DNA of 64,000 nt from Camelus ferus (taxonomy: Eukaryota), in the NCBI RefSeq assembly GCF_009834535.1, contig NC_045696.1:112036001-112100000 (forward strand). The letters run 5' to 3'. Position 1 is the first letter of the stretch. Each line of letters starts with the position of its first letter. The notes beneath the pieces are model-generated. The model was not told the origin of the DNA and made no database searches. It was given only the letters and a program-made list of their open reading frames with translations. This document shows positions 1 to 13,461 of the stretch, piece after piece. The position numbers and the translations under genes are program-made.

Positions 1-1487
1 CCACAAAATGGGGATAATGAAAGTAACTCCTTCACAGGATCACTGAGTACACCCAATCAGGGAACACATACAAACTGTTAGCACAATGCCCAGCACAGAG
101 CAACTGCCCAATGAATGGTAGCTTTTGTTATTGGCAAAACCTCTTTTTCTAAAGCTTTCTTCTGGACAATTTCCAATATACATTTTGTGTTTAAAATAAA
201 GATTCCCAAATAAGATACAATACTGTTCTGAATCTCTGGACAATACAGGCTATTGTGGGCAGACAGCCTCATGATTCTAAAGACTCATTCACGTATTGGC
301 CCATTCATTCAAGGCCAATGAACAGGGGTGGAGGTGGTGGGCTCCCACGGGGCGCACAAAGATGGGTCACGCACAGCTCCTGCCCTTTCTCTGTCTACCA
401 GGAGCATTAAGTCAAGTGAACCAAGCAGTGTGATGAGAACTCTAATGGAAGCAGAAAGTGAAACAATGCCCAGGTCAGTGCCTGGCACACAGTAGGCACA
501 CATAAATGATTGACAGAGTAAAGGCCATAGGAATTCAAAGGAGTCAGAAGGAGTTAACACTTGATCCCAGCTCCAAGGAAGGAGTAGGATTTGAAGGAGA
601 AGCTTTCCCCTGAGGAGAATTAGGGGTGAGCAGAGGCAAGGGTGAGGAAGGACAGGGAGGGGTCAGTAGTCCAGGATGGCAGAGACATGAGTGATGGAGT
701 GTGTGTGTGTAAAACGCAGCTGTGACAATGGGCTGACGTGCAGACTGGGGACGATCATGAAGGCCACACCAGGCATTTACTGGGAAGGCACTCACTCTTC
801 CATGCAAGGAGGGGCTGGGGTCAGAGTGAGATTCTGCCAAGATGGTTCAGGAAGCTGTGAATCACTGATTTCATCATGCATCAGTTTAACACACAGTAAC
901 GTAGACAGTGAGCTCTGGGTATCAACACAAATACCTAACACCCTCAGCCTGCCCTCCAGTCTGAGAAGCGAGTCCAGGAATCCTTGATTTCTGAAATGAC
1001 AGTACAGTTTGCTGACTCGTATTTAATCACAAAATTGCTCGCAAGAATTCAGACTGTGGTGTTTTGGATGGAAACTGCTTTTTCGCATTTAAGCCCCTTA
1101 CATCACGTTTAACAAATGTAGAAAGTGTAGATCGTTTGAAGAAAGGAGCTAAGTAAAAACTTTTTCTTTCTTTTTTTTTTTTAAAAAGGCAACTTGGCTC
1201 CATATCAGTCACAAAAAGCATCGGGTCAGGAGAAATTCACTCAGAAAATTAGCGTGTGGGAAGCACACCTGTTTGCATCGAGCTTTTGTAGAGTTAATGT
1301 TTATCCCATGCAAAGTTCCAAAGGATAATTTCTCCTTCCAGATGAGAGAAGAGAAAGGGAGGAGTGTCACTTGGTCGCTTTCCCTCCATCATTAAGAGGA
1401 ATATATTTCAATGCCATCTCAGTCAAAGAGTCAGCAGGCGGCTGCCCCAGGGAGCTGTTCCTCTGGGCGGCATGGCCAGCCGGGCAA

Positions 1488-1535
1488 GGTCTGGGTCCAG
1501 ATCCAGGTCCAAGTCCTGGTCTGGGTCCAGGTGTG
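1488..1535. repeat. Degenerate hexamer tandem repeat (GGTCCA/GGTCTG)
   Basis: ggtctg ggtcca gatcca ggtcca agtcct ggtctg ggtcca ggtgtg. Confidence 0.75.
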
Positions 1536-3266
1536 GGCCAGTCCAACACAGAGCTACAATTCCACTTCCAGCCAGGAGCAGAGACACTGCTGGTTGGAGG
1601 TGAGTGTGGAATAATCCCATCACAGCCACTTTGGGAAACCCGGTTTTCAGACCAGGAAACACGTTGCCTTAAACAAACAAAAAACAGCCTGCAGAGTGAG
1701 TGGAAGTCTATGCGTGACAACTTTGGGGAAGTTATTAATAGCCCGATTTGGGGGGAGAAAGAGAAAAGTGAAGACCTTTTCACCCCACTGAAAGACAATG
1801 GGTGCGAGGGAGGGAGAAAGTAGAAAAACAGCCCACTATTTTGATGACAAACAGGGCGCTTCCTCCCGAGCAGGGAGGGCGGGCATGAAGGTAGCACGGG
1901 GAACACCGAGCAGTCAAGTTGAGGGGGCTGCTCGGAGCCAAGAAGGGAAAACACCGTAAGGTTCATACTCCAAACAGAAAAATCGAGATGTCCCAAGAGG
2001 TGGAGGCTTAGAGTTGTTTATTCTTTTGTTTAAAAAAAAGTCCCTGGCAGGGCAAGGTCCCACTTTTGGGAATTTTAGTAAAGACGACTGGATGACAGCA
2101 GTGCAGGCTGACAGCTCCGATGTCTGACGGCTGCGGCTTCTGTGAGGTAGCCTCTTCCCTGCTCCCTGGGAAAGGGTCTCTCCTGTCCTTTCCCTTGGAT
2201 CCTGACCATGCACCTAAGGCCCAACTATCTCCTTTCAGCCCCCTTGGACCAGAAGTTCCCTGAGCACGTGCACTCTTGCCTAGGTTAGAAAGGCAAGCCT
2301 TGATCTGGAGAGATGCCTGGAAGACGGTTCGACAGAAGGTGATGACTACAGATATAGCAAAAACCATCATCTCTGTGGGAACTAGTATTTCCTGCAGAGT
2401 GTTTTTATGGCCTTTTCCTGGACTTTGTCAGGTGAGCCCCTGAGAGCTCAACCCCTATTAGACCCAGAGGCCAATGCTCTCCATCCTTCTGATCCCCACT
2501 TAATAAAACTCCCTGGGAAAACCAACACAGAGGCTGCCTGAGTTCTCACTGCGAACCTGAACTCACGACATCAGAGATCAAGGTTTAAACCTCAGAAGTT
2601 TCCCGGGTCCCCGGAGGGCACGGAGCCAATGCGCTCAGTCCACCTTGTTCTTTATTTTAGAGGAACGTGATCCGGGGAAGAAATGCTACCAGGTAATATA
2701 AACTTGGGAAACAACAAGTAAGATGAGAGTAATTGGTTGGACAAAATGTCTTTCAATTTAGGTGAAAAAAATAGCATTTTATATTTCCAAAACACGATGT
2801 TGGATAAAATTTAAAGTGACCAACTATTAGATAAGTCTGATTGATTCTTATAACCAACCCCCACCTCCATTTCAACTGGTAGGCAGCCAATCGATCAGGT
2901 TTGGGGGCCAATAACCCCAGACAAAATTTGTGGGGAGAGAGTTTCACAAGGCAAGTAAACACTACTGGTTAAACTGGCTGTTTTTAAAAAGTGCAAGTGT
3001 GTGGCCTGGGCAGCCACATAGTCCCATCCTTGGAAGGGTCCTGCACTCGGTTTACGAATCTGCTGTCACTGTCTTGAAATTCAGGACAGGTTTTGAACAA
3101 GAGGCAAGCATTTTCATTTTGTACTGGGTCCTGCAAATTATGCAGGCAGTCCTGGCTCTAGAAGATCATCTCCAGCCAATGAACGGTTCCAACCCTCTTC
3201 CTTGGTCAGGACCTAGAAGCCCTGGGTAGCCTCTCTTCTCCTCCTGGTGACCTTAAGGCTAGTTTT

Positions 3267-3494
3267 TTGTTGCTGTTGTTTTTTGTCTTTTTTTTTTTTT
3301 TTCTGATTGATTCTTGTCAGTGGTTCTTTTTATGTTTAATAGTTGATTTATAATATTGTGTTAGTTTCAGGTGTGCAGCAAAGTGATTTGGTTATGTATA
3401 TAACCTTCCTTTTTTCAATTATTTGCCATTATAGGTTATTACAAGATGTTGAATATAGTTCCTGGTGCTCTACAGTAGGTCCTAGTTATTTATC
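3267..3494 (-). mobile_element. 5'-truncated LINE-1 3' end
   Basis: Poly-T followed by reverse-complement L1 3'UTR, flanked by a 13 bp TSD taaggctagtttt (3254-3266 and 3495-3507). Confidence 0.85.
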
Positions 3495-6400
3495 TAAGGC
3501 TAGTTTTGAGACTGTGGATCGGACAGAATTAAGCAAACCTACCACAATCACCCTTATTCTCCCCAGCATCTCTTCAGGATGCTTCTGAGCAATTCTGTGG
3601 CCCCAGAAAGAGCCAGAAGGGAAATCCATTCAGAAGGTATTTGATGCTCCACACGGGGCTGGATTTCCCACGTGGATAGGGGACTTCGGAGGGGGCTGGG
3701 AGGGGCAGGAAGAACACAAAGAACTTTTTCAGAATTGGATGAAATTTCCTTCCAAATAGCATATATTTTAGGTGCAACCTCAGGAGGGTATCCAGAAGCT
3801 CATCCAGATGCCCCCTAGATGTCTCTGACTCCCACTGAGAGCCACCAAATTAAAGAATAAATTAGAAAGAAGGTGAGGAGTATGAGCGTGAGCAGTTAAT
3901 CTGTTATCCAAAGAATTTCTGTATAGCAGGTTAAATATCACAAATACAGCATTGTGGGACCACGTTCCCTCTTTTCAAGAATCTGCGTAGGAAGAAAAAC
4001 GATGAAAGAGGGGAAAAAATGTAAAATGGATGATTTCGCTGGGCTCCACATAGATTTCTTTCAATCTGGTCTTGAGAATTTACTTTAAAGCAACTAAAGA
4101 CATCTGTTTTCTAGATTACTTGGGTCAGTTATTTTGTGCCCTTCCACAGAGAAACCCACAGTTACCGATTTGTCGTCAGGATTCCTCTAAGTATAACAGG
4201 GCAAGGAGCCAGTGCATTTTACGTTTTTTAATTCTTAATTCTTTTACTGAGAAAATGCACCAAAATAGCTCCTCAGCCAGCGCCCGGGAGTTAGCAGACC
4301 CCAGCTGCTTTACACATTAATTACTAAATCGCTTCTGGACCCAAATTCAAGATCTTCATGTGTACTGAAGAGGGGGGAAGGTAAGCAGGGGACAGAGCCA
4401 AAACGCATTCAAATAGACTTAAACTCTTTGCAGAGGAGCATGAAATTTTAAATCTCTTTCAGAAGTCCGGTACGCAGCCTGTCACCACCCACAAAGCCAG
4501 GACTCGGCTCTGTCACAACATGCTGGTTGATGACAATGTACGTCTCATGGCCACTCTGCATATCACACGATTCAAAGGCCTCTCACTGACACCGATCATT
4601 ACGATGCACCTGCATTGTTCTGTGATGTGAAGAAGGGGCTCAATTAGAAAAGGAAAAAAAATGCTTGTCCAGAACTGGTTGTACTTTTTCCAAGTTCACT
4701 GAATTTTCAGGACTGTTCAGGGATCGTTCCTCTGGAATTTTTCTCACTTATTTTATATGTGGTTACGTCCTGAATCTGACGTGCAAAGGAAGAAATCATA
4801 GACGATGTGAGAGCAGACGCGGGAAAGCTGGCAGGCATTCACGTTTAAGTCTTCAAGAGTCTGACAGCTGTAAAATCATGGGCACTTATTGGACAGAGCT
4901 GTCGGCTTCTCCTCGCCACAGCCCCTGCTCTGACAGAGCACAATCTCGCCAACAATTTATAGAGAAAGTACTGCTTAAGCTCCAGCTCTCAAAATGGATT
5001 CTGTCCTTGTATGGAGAGGCCGTGGTGACTCCAGGCTAAGACCCGATCCTGCACGTTCCCCCAAATCCACGCCCTCTGAACGCTGAGATCATCACTGGTG
5101 TAGAGCCCACCTGCCCCTCAAAGTTGCCCCTGTCCTTTGTCCAGTCCTGTGTTTCCAAGCCTTCCACACTGAGAACATTCTCTGTCTCCTCCAAGCCTTC
5201 ACACATGCTGTTCCCCATGACTCAAAAGTCCTTTCCCCACCTTGCCCTTTAGTTCATGATACAACCCCAGAGAGAGGGTCAGGCTCCCGTGAATCCTACG
5301 GTGTCAGAGCAGCACACCCTGTGGTAACATCCACCCCACAGCCCTGCCGTGACTGGGTTTCATGCCTTCCTCCCTCAAAACAGGAATCCTTTGCAGGCAG
5401 TATCTTAACCATCTTTCTGATGGAGCACGTGCAGTTTTTATAATGAAAAAATAACGTGCTGCAAGTGATTTTGCTTTTTAAAGATCACATGGAGATTCCA
5501 TGGAGAAGGAAAGAGAGGAAAAGAAAGATCAGCAGAGAAACTTAAATTCAATTAATAAACCACCAAAATTCTTTGAGCATAAGGAAAATAAGGGGAGTTC
5601 TGTTTTCAAGAGTGAAACTCCAGCAGCATAAATTCAGACAGCAGCCCCGACTTCGTGATTTACCTCAACCCTCCCTCTTTCCTACTCCAAATTAGTAAGG
5701 AATTGGCTCAGATTTCACCCCCAGCTCCTCTTTCTTGATCTTTAAAATTAAAATACAATATTATGTCAGCACAGTGCCAAGGTCTGAAATCGAATAGGTC
5801 CCCGATGCAGAAGGTAAAGTTCTTTTCAACCGCGTGAACTTGCCTGCAATTAGCACATTACAGCTTCCACCCAAGCACCATGCATTATAAAAACGCACTC
5901 TGGGGCTGCTGCTCTTGGAGACCTTAACTTTTGTGCTTTCTGTGCCTATTTTATAAGAGAAAATTTGGCAGAACACACACAATTAATTTTGTACGTGTTA
6001 TTTCTCTGCTCTTCCATCTCATCCCTGACTCCAGTTGATAAAAGGGGTGGCCGCCTTCTGATTACACTGGAGAGCAGGGCAGAAACAGTCCCGGTCATAA
6101 AAGAGGTACCTGCCAATTAGTTAGACTGTTCTCCGGTTTTCAATTAAAGGCAGCCTAATGGATGGAGGGGGACATGTTTTATTTTCCCTGACAGAGCCCT
6201 TATTTTTAAACTCTTAGTTTCATGTTCCAAAATTGCTGGCTTTAGACAGAAGAAACACACATCTTGAGTGAAAAGCTGGATGTTCACTTTCTAGTTCCTG
6301 TATCATCATTACATTTTCCTCCTCAGTGGCTCCTTCCCACTTGGCCTCACCAAGCCCCACCACTGGGGATGGGCTTGCAGCGAGGTCCCCGTTGGAAAGG

Positions 6401-8179
6401 AGGGGTGTCAGGTCCCACGCTCCCCGCCAGCAAGCCTCCCAGGAGCCCGGGGGTTCTTCACTCTACTCTGCTCCCTCCAATTGATCACTCCACGGAACTC
6501 CATTTCCCCTTCCAATTTTCTGCAGAAGGACAAGGAAGATAACTTGGAAGGGTGTGTTGATTTTGATCTCATCTGAAAGAACTTCAGTCTCTCTTAAGCA
6601 GCTGCCTGTAGATGGAATCAGAGAATTATTTTCCTTAGATCAAACAGGACTGAAAATTTCCTTGGACATGGTTGGCCTTCTTCCTTGGAACACACACGTT
6701 TTCAGGGCTGATATTTTTATCCAGAGTTTTCTCTAATGAATAATTAGGAGCTGTCCACAGGCAGGTGTAGGAAAAAGAGCTGAACCCCCATAAATCATGA
6801 CCACCTGACACGTAAGCACCAAAGGACTGAATGACTTTTTGTTAATAGTTTAGCAGTTTTGTTTCTGCGGGACAGCACTGCCACTAGACTTCGGGGATTT
6901 GTAGGGGCAAAAGGGAGTTAGAGCTGCTGGATAAATCCTTTAGGGTTGGACCACTCACCGTCTCAGGGCTGGAAAAGCTGCTGTGAATCACATGACCCTG
7001 GTCATTTGGGACAGAATGCATCTCAGGAGGGTAAGACATAAGACGTCATGTAGTAATTCCCATTTGTTTTTAACATCACCTGAGGTCTACTTGGTTTACC
7101 CAAAGTCGGCTGCAAGATACCCCTCAGAACTGAACATTACACCTCGGTGAGCATAAGAGACCTTGTGAAAACACTGGGCAGTGACACCGAAGTGGCACTT
7201 TAACCCTGCCAAGATAATGGAAAGGACTTTTAGGAGTCCCTCAGAAGGAGATACTCAATTCATCTGTCATTTCTGGTTGCTAAGCGGCTTTTACGAAGCA
7301 TTTCAGAACATCATCTCTTTTAATTTTTCTTTTCTATCCGCACTGTGCTTCACACATATCCCAACTCGAATCATGGCCCCTCGCCTTGTTATCTTAATGG
7401 GGGCAGGATAGGGTGTCCCGAGGCCCTTCCGCATTAGATGTCCTCATTTACAGATTGAGGAAAAGAGTGCCGATCATGAATTATTTAAAATCTATTGTAT
7501 CCGTGTGTGTTCCGTAAGCATTCACTACCGGCAAAGCAGCCCGATTATTTTTCACTTTTAATTGTGTTGATACCTTATCTGCACTGTTGAAAGGGGAGAG
7601 TGGTAGGGGACACCACCTCACACGCTCAGGGATGGAGAAACTATGGGGCCTCTTATTTAAAGCCAAAGCCACCTGCTTAGTGGATGTACTGTTAATACAC
7701 TGCTAAGGAAGGGAAAACCTGGAGTAGCTATTTTCATCTGTAATGTGTGTCTGTTACTGTGTCAAACATGAATGAGGGAGGACAGGGCCAGGTTCCTTAA
7801 AGAAGCTCTTAGCTGAGTGGACCAGTGACAGTGACATGACAGACACAAAGGCAGCATCGCATGTGAGTGAGGAAGAGTGTGAAGGAGATAGGAAGGGGGT
7901 CGCCCAGCATGCCTCCTCCTCCACCCACCAAATCTCAGGTGTGTCATAAGACGCATTAGCTGAGACCACTGCTAGGTGTACTTGGAGACCTGGTCCTAAA
8001 CTGAAGAAAATATTTAGAGCAATGAAAATATATTTAGATAATCAAGTTACCTATCTGTGATTGGATCCTGATTGAAATAAAATTGTGCACAGGATACAAG
8101 GATTTATTACTAGAAATTAAAAATGTGCCCTAATCTCCCTCATCCCTTTTGACTCCCCAAGACCATAATCAAGAAATGC

Positions 8180-8740
8180 AAGACATGGAAGCAACTTAAA
8201 TGTCCATCGACAGATGACTGGATAAAGAAGTTGTGGTATATTTATACAATGGAATACTACTCAGCCATAAGAAAGAATGAAATAATGCTGTTTTCAGCAA
8301 CATGGAGATCATCATTCTAAGTAAAGTAAGTCAGAAAGAGAAAGAAAAATACCATATGCTATCACTCATATGCAGAATCTAAAAAAGAGAAGAAAGAAAG
8401 GGCACTAATGAACTCATCTACGAAACAGAAACAGATTCAGACATAGTAAACATAGTAACAATAGTAAACAATCTTATGGTTACCAGGGGAAAGAGGTGGG
8501 AAGAGATAAATCTGGGAGTTTGAGATTTGCAAATGTTAACCACTATATATAAAAATAGATTAAAAAAAACAAGTTTCTTCTGTATAGCACAGGGAACTAT
8601 ATTCAGTATCTTGTAATAATTAATGAAAAAGAATATGAACATGAACATATGAATGTACAGGCATGACTGGGACATTGTGCTATATGTACACCAGAAAGTG
8701 ACACATTGTAACAGACTATACTTCAATTAAAAAAAGAAAA
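8180..8740 (+). mobile_element. LINE-1 3' fragment (ORF2 C-terminus plus 3'UTR)
   Basis: aagacatggaagcaac...tggaatactactcagccata motifs, A-rich tail, approximate TSD aagaa(aa)atgc. Confidence 0.9.
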
Positions 8741-9560
8741 GAAAAATGCCTACAGGTACTGGATATCAATATATGGTCAGAAAGTATCTCCCAATATCTG
8801 AATTTAAAATATCCTCTCCAGATACAGCAACTCGGGGATTTATTTGGGTGAATCCACAGATAGTGACTGTAGAATCGTTCTGATGTCATTTGTTAAGTCG
8901 AAGGCTTGTCTTAACCCTCTAGTTTTGTATCCTCAGCACCACATCTGGTACCTGACCTGGTTTATCTGCTCCTCTGGATGGGTGGAGGGCTGCACGGGGG
9001 AATGACCCAGTTTGCCAAAGGTCCTCTGCCAGAGTGGAGGTACAGCCGAGAGGAAAAGCACCAAGAGGGGTTCCATCCAAAAGGCGTTTGTGGGTCGTTT
9101 CCGCTCTGCCTCTCACTGGCTTTGGGACCCCGGTAAACGGTTGAATTACTCTTGTGGTTCCGTTTCACACATCTGAAATCACCTCTACCCACCTTCCAGC
9201 GCCGATGTCTGAGATTTCCAAGAGTCTGAACAAGGGAACAACACATTCGCATGTTCCCAGTATGAGCACGGGTCCATGCCCTTTGTGGGGTGGGTCTGGC
9301 TTGGTGGGATAGAAAGACATGAAGAAAACCAAAATCTCCCACCTGTGGGTCCTTCCCCAACAAAGTCAAAATCCAGCAAACAGACAACGCCCAGCAAAAT
9401 ACCCAAGTCCACAGCAGGACATGAAAATGAGCGCGTCACGTGTGACACGGGTGAGTTCCACGCCCACACTGTCAGCCGCTTTAGCGAAAGCCCAGGGTTG
9501 GCCCCTACACTGTTCACACCCTGCAAACCCCACCACCCCAAGCCCATGTGAGCTTAACAG

Positions 9561-9574
9561 TGAACTCTTGACCT
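9561..9574 (-). promoter_or_regulatory. Perfect DR2 RARE-like motif (intronic)
   Basis: AGGTCA-ag-AGTTCA. Function not shown. Confidence 0.5.
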
Positions 9575-10564
9575 TCCCAGCAATTATCCCCGGAATCTAG
9601 ACAGACCCGTCATCACCTCAAGTCAGCATGTGAGCGGAGCCACGGCCAGGAGTGTTCTGCCCCTGCTCCCGAAGGGAACCCGGTAGAGGAAGAGGCTCCT
9701 GCCTTCCTTTCCATCTGGTTTCTCCAATAAAAGGGAAAAAAATAAATGGAAATGAAAAGTATACAATTAAAAAAAATTACATTTAACTTCCTTTGGCTAA
9801 TGTCTCTAAGATGATTTTTGGCCTGGCAGGAGATTCCAGATGGGCTGTGTAATGGCTATAATTTAATACGAAAAACCGGAGTTCAAAGAAAACACATTTT
9901 TCCAAGTCAGAAGGTAGTGGGTTGTCTCACACTGTTTAATGCAAAACACCGGGACAAGTCACCACATTTCTTTTCTTATTGCACATTGGCCTTTAAACCT
10001 AATATCAGTGCGGCCAGACCCGAAGCCATCAAAACCAGAAGCTGTCACTCTCCGAGGTGGGACGGCACTGGCGCACGCTCGCCTAAAGGGCCAGAGACCA
10101 CTCGCCATGCGATGTGCTTTCCTCCGGGGTCTCAGGATTTATACCACCAATTAAGGCCATAATGAGTGCCCCAGGTTGACCTCCAAGGAGCAAGAATTAA
10201 TTAAGCACAGTATTTCTTAGTAAAGAATGACATTTCCCCAAACGAGTAATATAAGGGAGCCATATTTCCTGATATTACTGCGCTTCCACATACGACCCTT
10301 AATTGGTAACAAAAATAGAAGGATCCAGGAACATGGCTTAGTTTATGTTTTTAATTTGATAAGAAAAGAAAACAATCTTTACTTTTATCTTTGTTTAGGA
10401 GGCAGAGAGAGTGTTTTAAGTTTTATATATATATATATAAAGCCCCAAATTATTTACATTAGTCATATAATATCACTTCTTTTAATCACTAACATCAAGG
10501 CAAAAGAAGGAAGCCAGGGCTCATATTTATAATCTTCCCAGCTTTCAAAAAATGAAGTTGTGGT

Positions 10565-10697
10565 GGGGAAGGTATAGCTCAGTTGTAGAGTGCATGCTTA
10601 GCATGCATAAGATCCTGGGTTCAATCCCCAGTACCTCCATTAAAAAAAAAATACATAAATAAATAAACCTAATTATCTCCCCCCTCCAAAAAAAAGA
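10565..10697 (+). mobile_element. tRNA-derived SINE, camelid Vic-1-like
   Basis: ggggaaggtatagctcagttg (A box), ggttcaatcc (B box), A-rich segment and aataaacctaattatctcccc tail, with agttgtg on both flanks. Confidence 0.85.
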
Positions 10698-10822
10698 AGA
10701 GTTGTGCTCTGAAACTATTTGCTCCCCAAAGTCCTTATGGTTCCATAAATTATGTAATGGGGTTTAAAAAAAAAAAAGGTTAAGGCTTTCTTTTGAGAAC
10801 TACACTTTAGATAGTCTAATCG

Positions 10823-11148
10823 AAGGGGTTGGCAGACTCCTGCAAAGGGCCATACTGTAAACTTTGCAGATTGTGAGCCGTAGTCTCTGCTGCAAATGCT
10901 CACGTTGGCCACGGCTGGGTGAAAGCAGCTGAGACCGTCCATCAATGAGCCAGCATGGCGGTGTTCTCAGAAAACTTTATTCACGAGCTCTGCATCTGAA
11001 TTTCCTATCATTTTCATGTATCATAGAATATTCTTTTAAATTTTTTTTCTAAGCTTTTCAGATGTAAAAAAATAGTCTTAGCTTTCAGCTGTACAAAAAC
11101 AGGTGGTGGACCAGATTTAGCCTGTGGGCTATAGTTTGGCAACCTCTG
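10823..11148. mobile_element. hAT-Charlie MER58-like DNA transposon (longer form)
   Basis: aggggttggcagact...agtttggcaacctctg terminal inverted repeats and typical internal sequence. Confidence 0.75.
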
Positions 11149-12559
11149 GCCTAAAACTAATGTATATTTTTAAGTAATCAGTGAGGTCTGAGGAAACCCG
11201 ATCTCTATCTCTCTCTTCCACATGCACAGACAGCCACACACACACGGATACACAGTCACACACAAATACTCCTAATTATCAACATCAGGGTCTCTGCGGC
11301 CATGGATGTGGTAACAGGAAAACTGTGGCTTCAAACATGTGTCTTTAGTGCTATGAACGGGACATGAAAAAAATCTTAGCCTTGAAGACACATTATGGGG
11401 GTGGTAGGAAAAAGAGATCTCCTTCCTCCCATCCTTTCTCAGGAAGAAAATTCCCACTCAAAATAACAAATCACGCCCTCCACTCCTTCAAGGAGTTAAC
11501 GTAGCCAGCGTGAATCTGGAAATCCCTGCAGCCTACTTGCCAATTAATGTATTTAACTCTAAAGAGCAGGGGCTTTTTAATTTAGCCCATCCATCACTAA
11601 CAGAACATTTTGGTAGAAAATATTAGGATTTCCAAATAACTTTATAGCTCCGTAAATTGCCAACATACCATCTGCAATTGAATTAACATTTATAACCAAA
11701 CTGAAATAATAAATAAAGCAAATTACGCTGCAAATATTCGTGAGTGCCCAATATGCACTTGAGAACGATAATTAGCATTTTATAATCACGCTTCATTTTC
11801 TTTATCCAACTCCCTGTCACATTAATGATAAAATATTTTAAACTGTGCTCTATCAGCAAATGGCAGTACAATCTCGAGATTAGCCATTAACTAACTCGGA
11901 GAATGAAAACAGTTTGTGCTGCTGACATCACGCATCCAGAGAAGTTTCACTCACAATCACATCCTCCAGTCTCCCTGGCTCTTATCTCTGGGTTTGTTTG
12001 TTGGTGTTTTTCCCCAAGCTACCAAAACAAGGCTCAGAAAGCCAAGGCTTCCATTTGTACTATCCGAACCTCTATGGGAGCTGAAGGCACACTCTTTTGC
12101 TAGTAGGAAAGAAAGAAATAGGATTTTAAAAATTTATTATGCTCCTCTGATCTAGAAAACTGAAAGGGGTCTAGAGGTCAAGAAGCTTTAAGTCATTCAA
12201 ATGGAATAACTCTGGTCCCCAAATAATTCTTTCCGAAGCGCTCTCTCATTACAATCTGACATCCTCGACTCTGGTATGTGTAATTTTTTCCCTAGCTCCA
12301 AATAAAAAGTAACTTGACCAAATAAATCCATAAAAAGTGCATATATATTTTTTTTCCCATGTAGACTTTCCACCAATTAGTAAAATTTCCCCAAAGTTTC
12401 CCATTATCTCCCTCCACAATCTCCTCTTTAAAATAACTGTGTCCAGTTGCTTTTGTGATGCTTTTCTGCCCTGTGCCCCTCCCCTGTTTGCACTTGGCAC
12501 TTCAGGGTTTTCTCATTGGGTTGCTTGGCTCTGTGTGTAGCTCCCACATCTCTTTGGTT

Positions 12560-12887
12560 TAGTGCTGTTCTGCCTCAAAGTAGCCACTGGTCATAGGTGA
12601 CTGTTGAACATTTGAGATTAGTCCAAGTGGAGATTTTTATAAGTGTGAAAGTAACTTCAAATTTTGAAGATTAAGTAAAAAAACAATGAAAAAATCTCTC
12701 AACGGTTTTACATCACTTAATTATTACAACGATAATATTTTGGATATGGAGTTAGATAGCATGTATTATTGAAAGTAACTTCACTTGTTCCTTTTTACTT
12801 TTTTAAAAACATGGCTACTCGATCACTTGAAGTGACACATCTAACTTGAATTGTGGCTAGTGTTACATTCTTATCGGGTGGCGTGTT
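12560..12887. mobile_element. hAT-Charlie MER33-like DNA transposon
   Basis: gtagccact...gataatattttggata...catggctact pattern. Confidence 0.65.
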
Positions 12888-13199
12888 CCAGTGAGTCCTA
12901 AATGCAATGATGCCCGGAATTCTGGGTTGATTACATGCTCTATTATTGACCAAAATGGTTTTTATTAAAAGGCCAAATCAAGTAAAGCTTTTCATCCAAT
13001 AAATCCTGCATCAGTCCCATCAGGTTTCAGACACTTCAAAGAGCAGCAGACCTGGTCTTGCACTGATGCATAATCACATCTTTATTGAGAAAAGGTTTGA
13101 CGAGCCAGACGTTCACTCGGAAATAGAGAGGGAGAGTGCAAATGATTCCATGGATTGTTGGGCTCAGCTTCCCCATGGGCCCAAGTCCTACAGGGAAAA

Positions 13200-13455
13200 T
13201 GAAGGCTTGGAAGCCTTAGTGTAAAGGCAGTCCAGTGGTTGTGGGCTCAGGGCCTGTTGCTGAATGGCCTGAGTTCAAGTCCCATTTCTGCCTGTTATTA
13301 ACTGTGTGATCTCAGATGGGTCACAACCTCTCTGTGCTATGCTTTCTTATCTTAAAATGAGGGTAGTAATGTTTTCTATTTCGTGGGGTTGTTTCAAAAA
13401 TTAATGAGCCAATATATGTTAAGAACCTAAAACAGCATAAATGCTTAAAAACTAT
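13200..13455 (+). mobile_element. MIR SINE
   Basis: cctgagttcaagtccc...ctgtgtgatct...aaaatgagg core. Confidence 0.7.
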
Positions 13456-13461
13456 TAGCTG

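Noticed and set aside
1367..1996. 209 aa minus-strand ORF and overlapping 150 aa plus-strand ORF
   Set aside because: Non-ATG starts, no recognisable domain, and held open partly by a GC-rich hexamer repeat.
10565..10640. tRNA-like sequence (also at 46195)
   Set aside because: It is the head of a tRNA-derived SINE with an A-rich tail and dispersed copies, not a tRNA gene.
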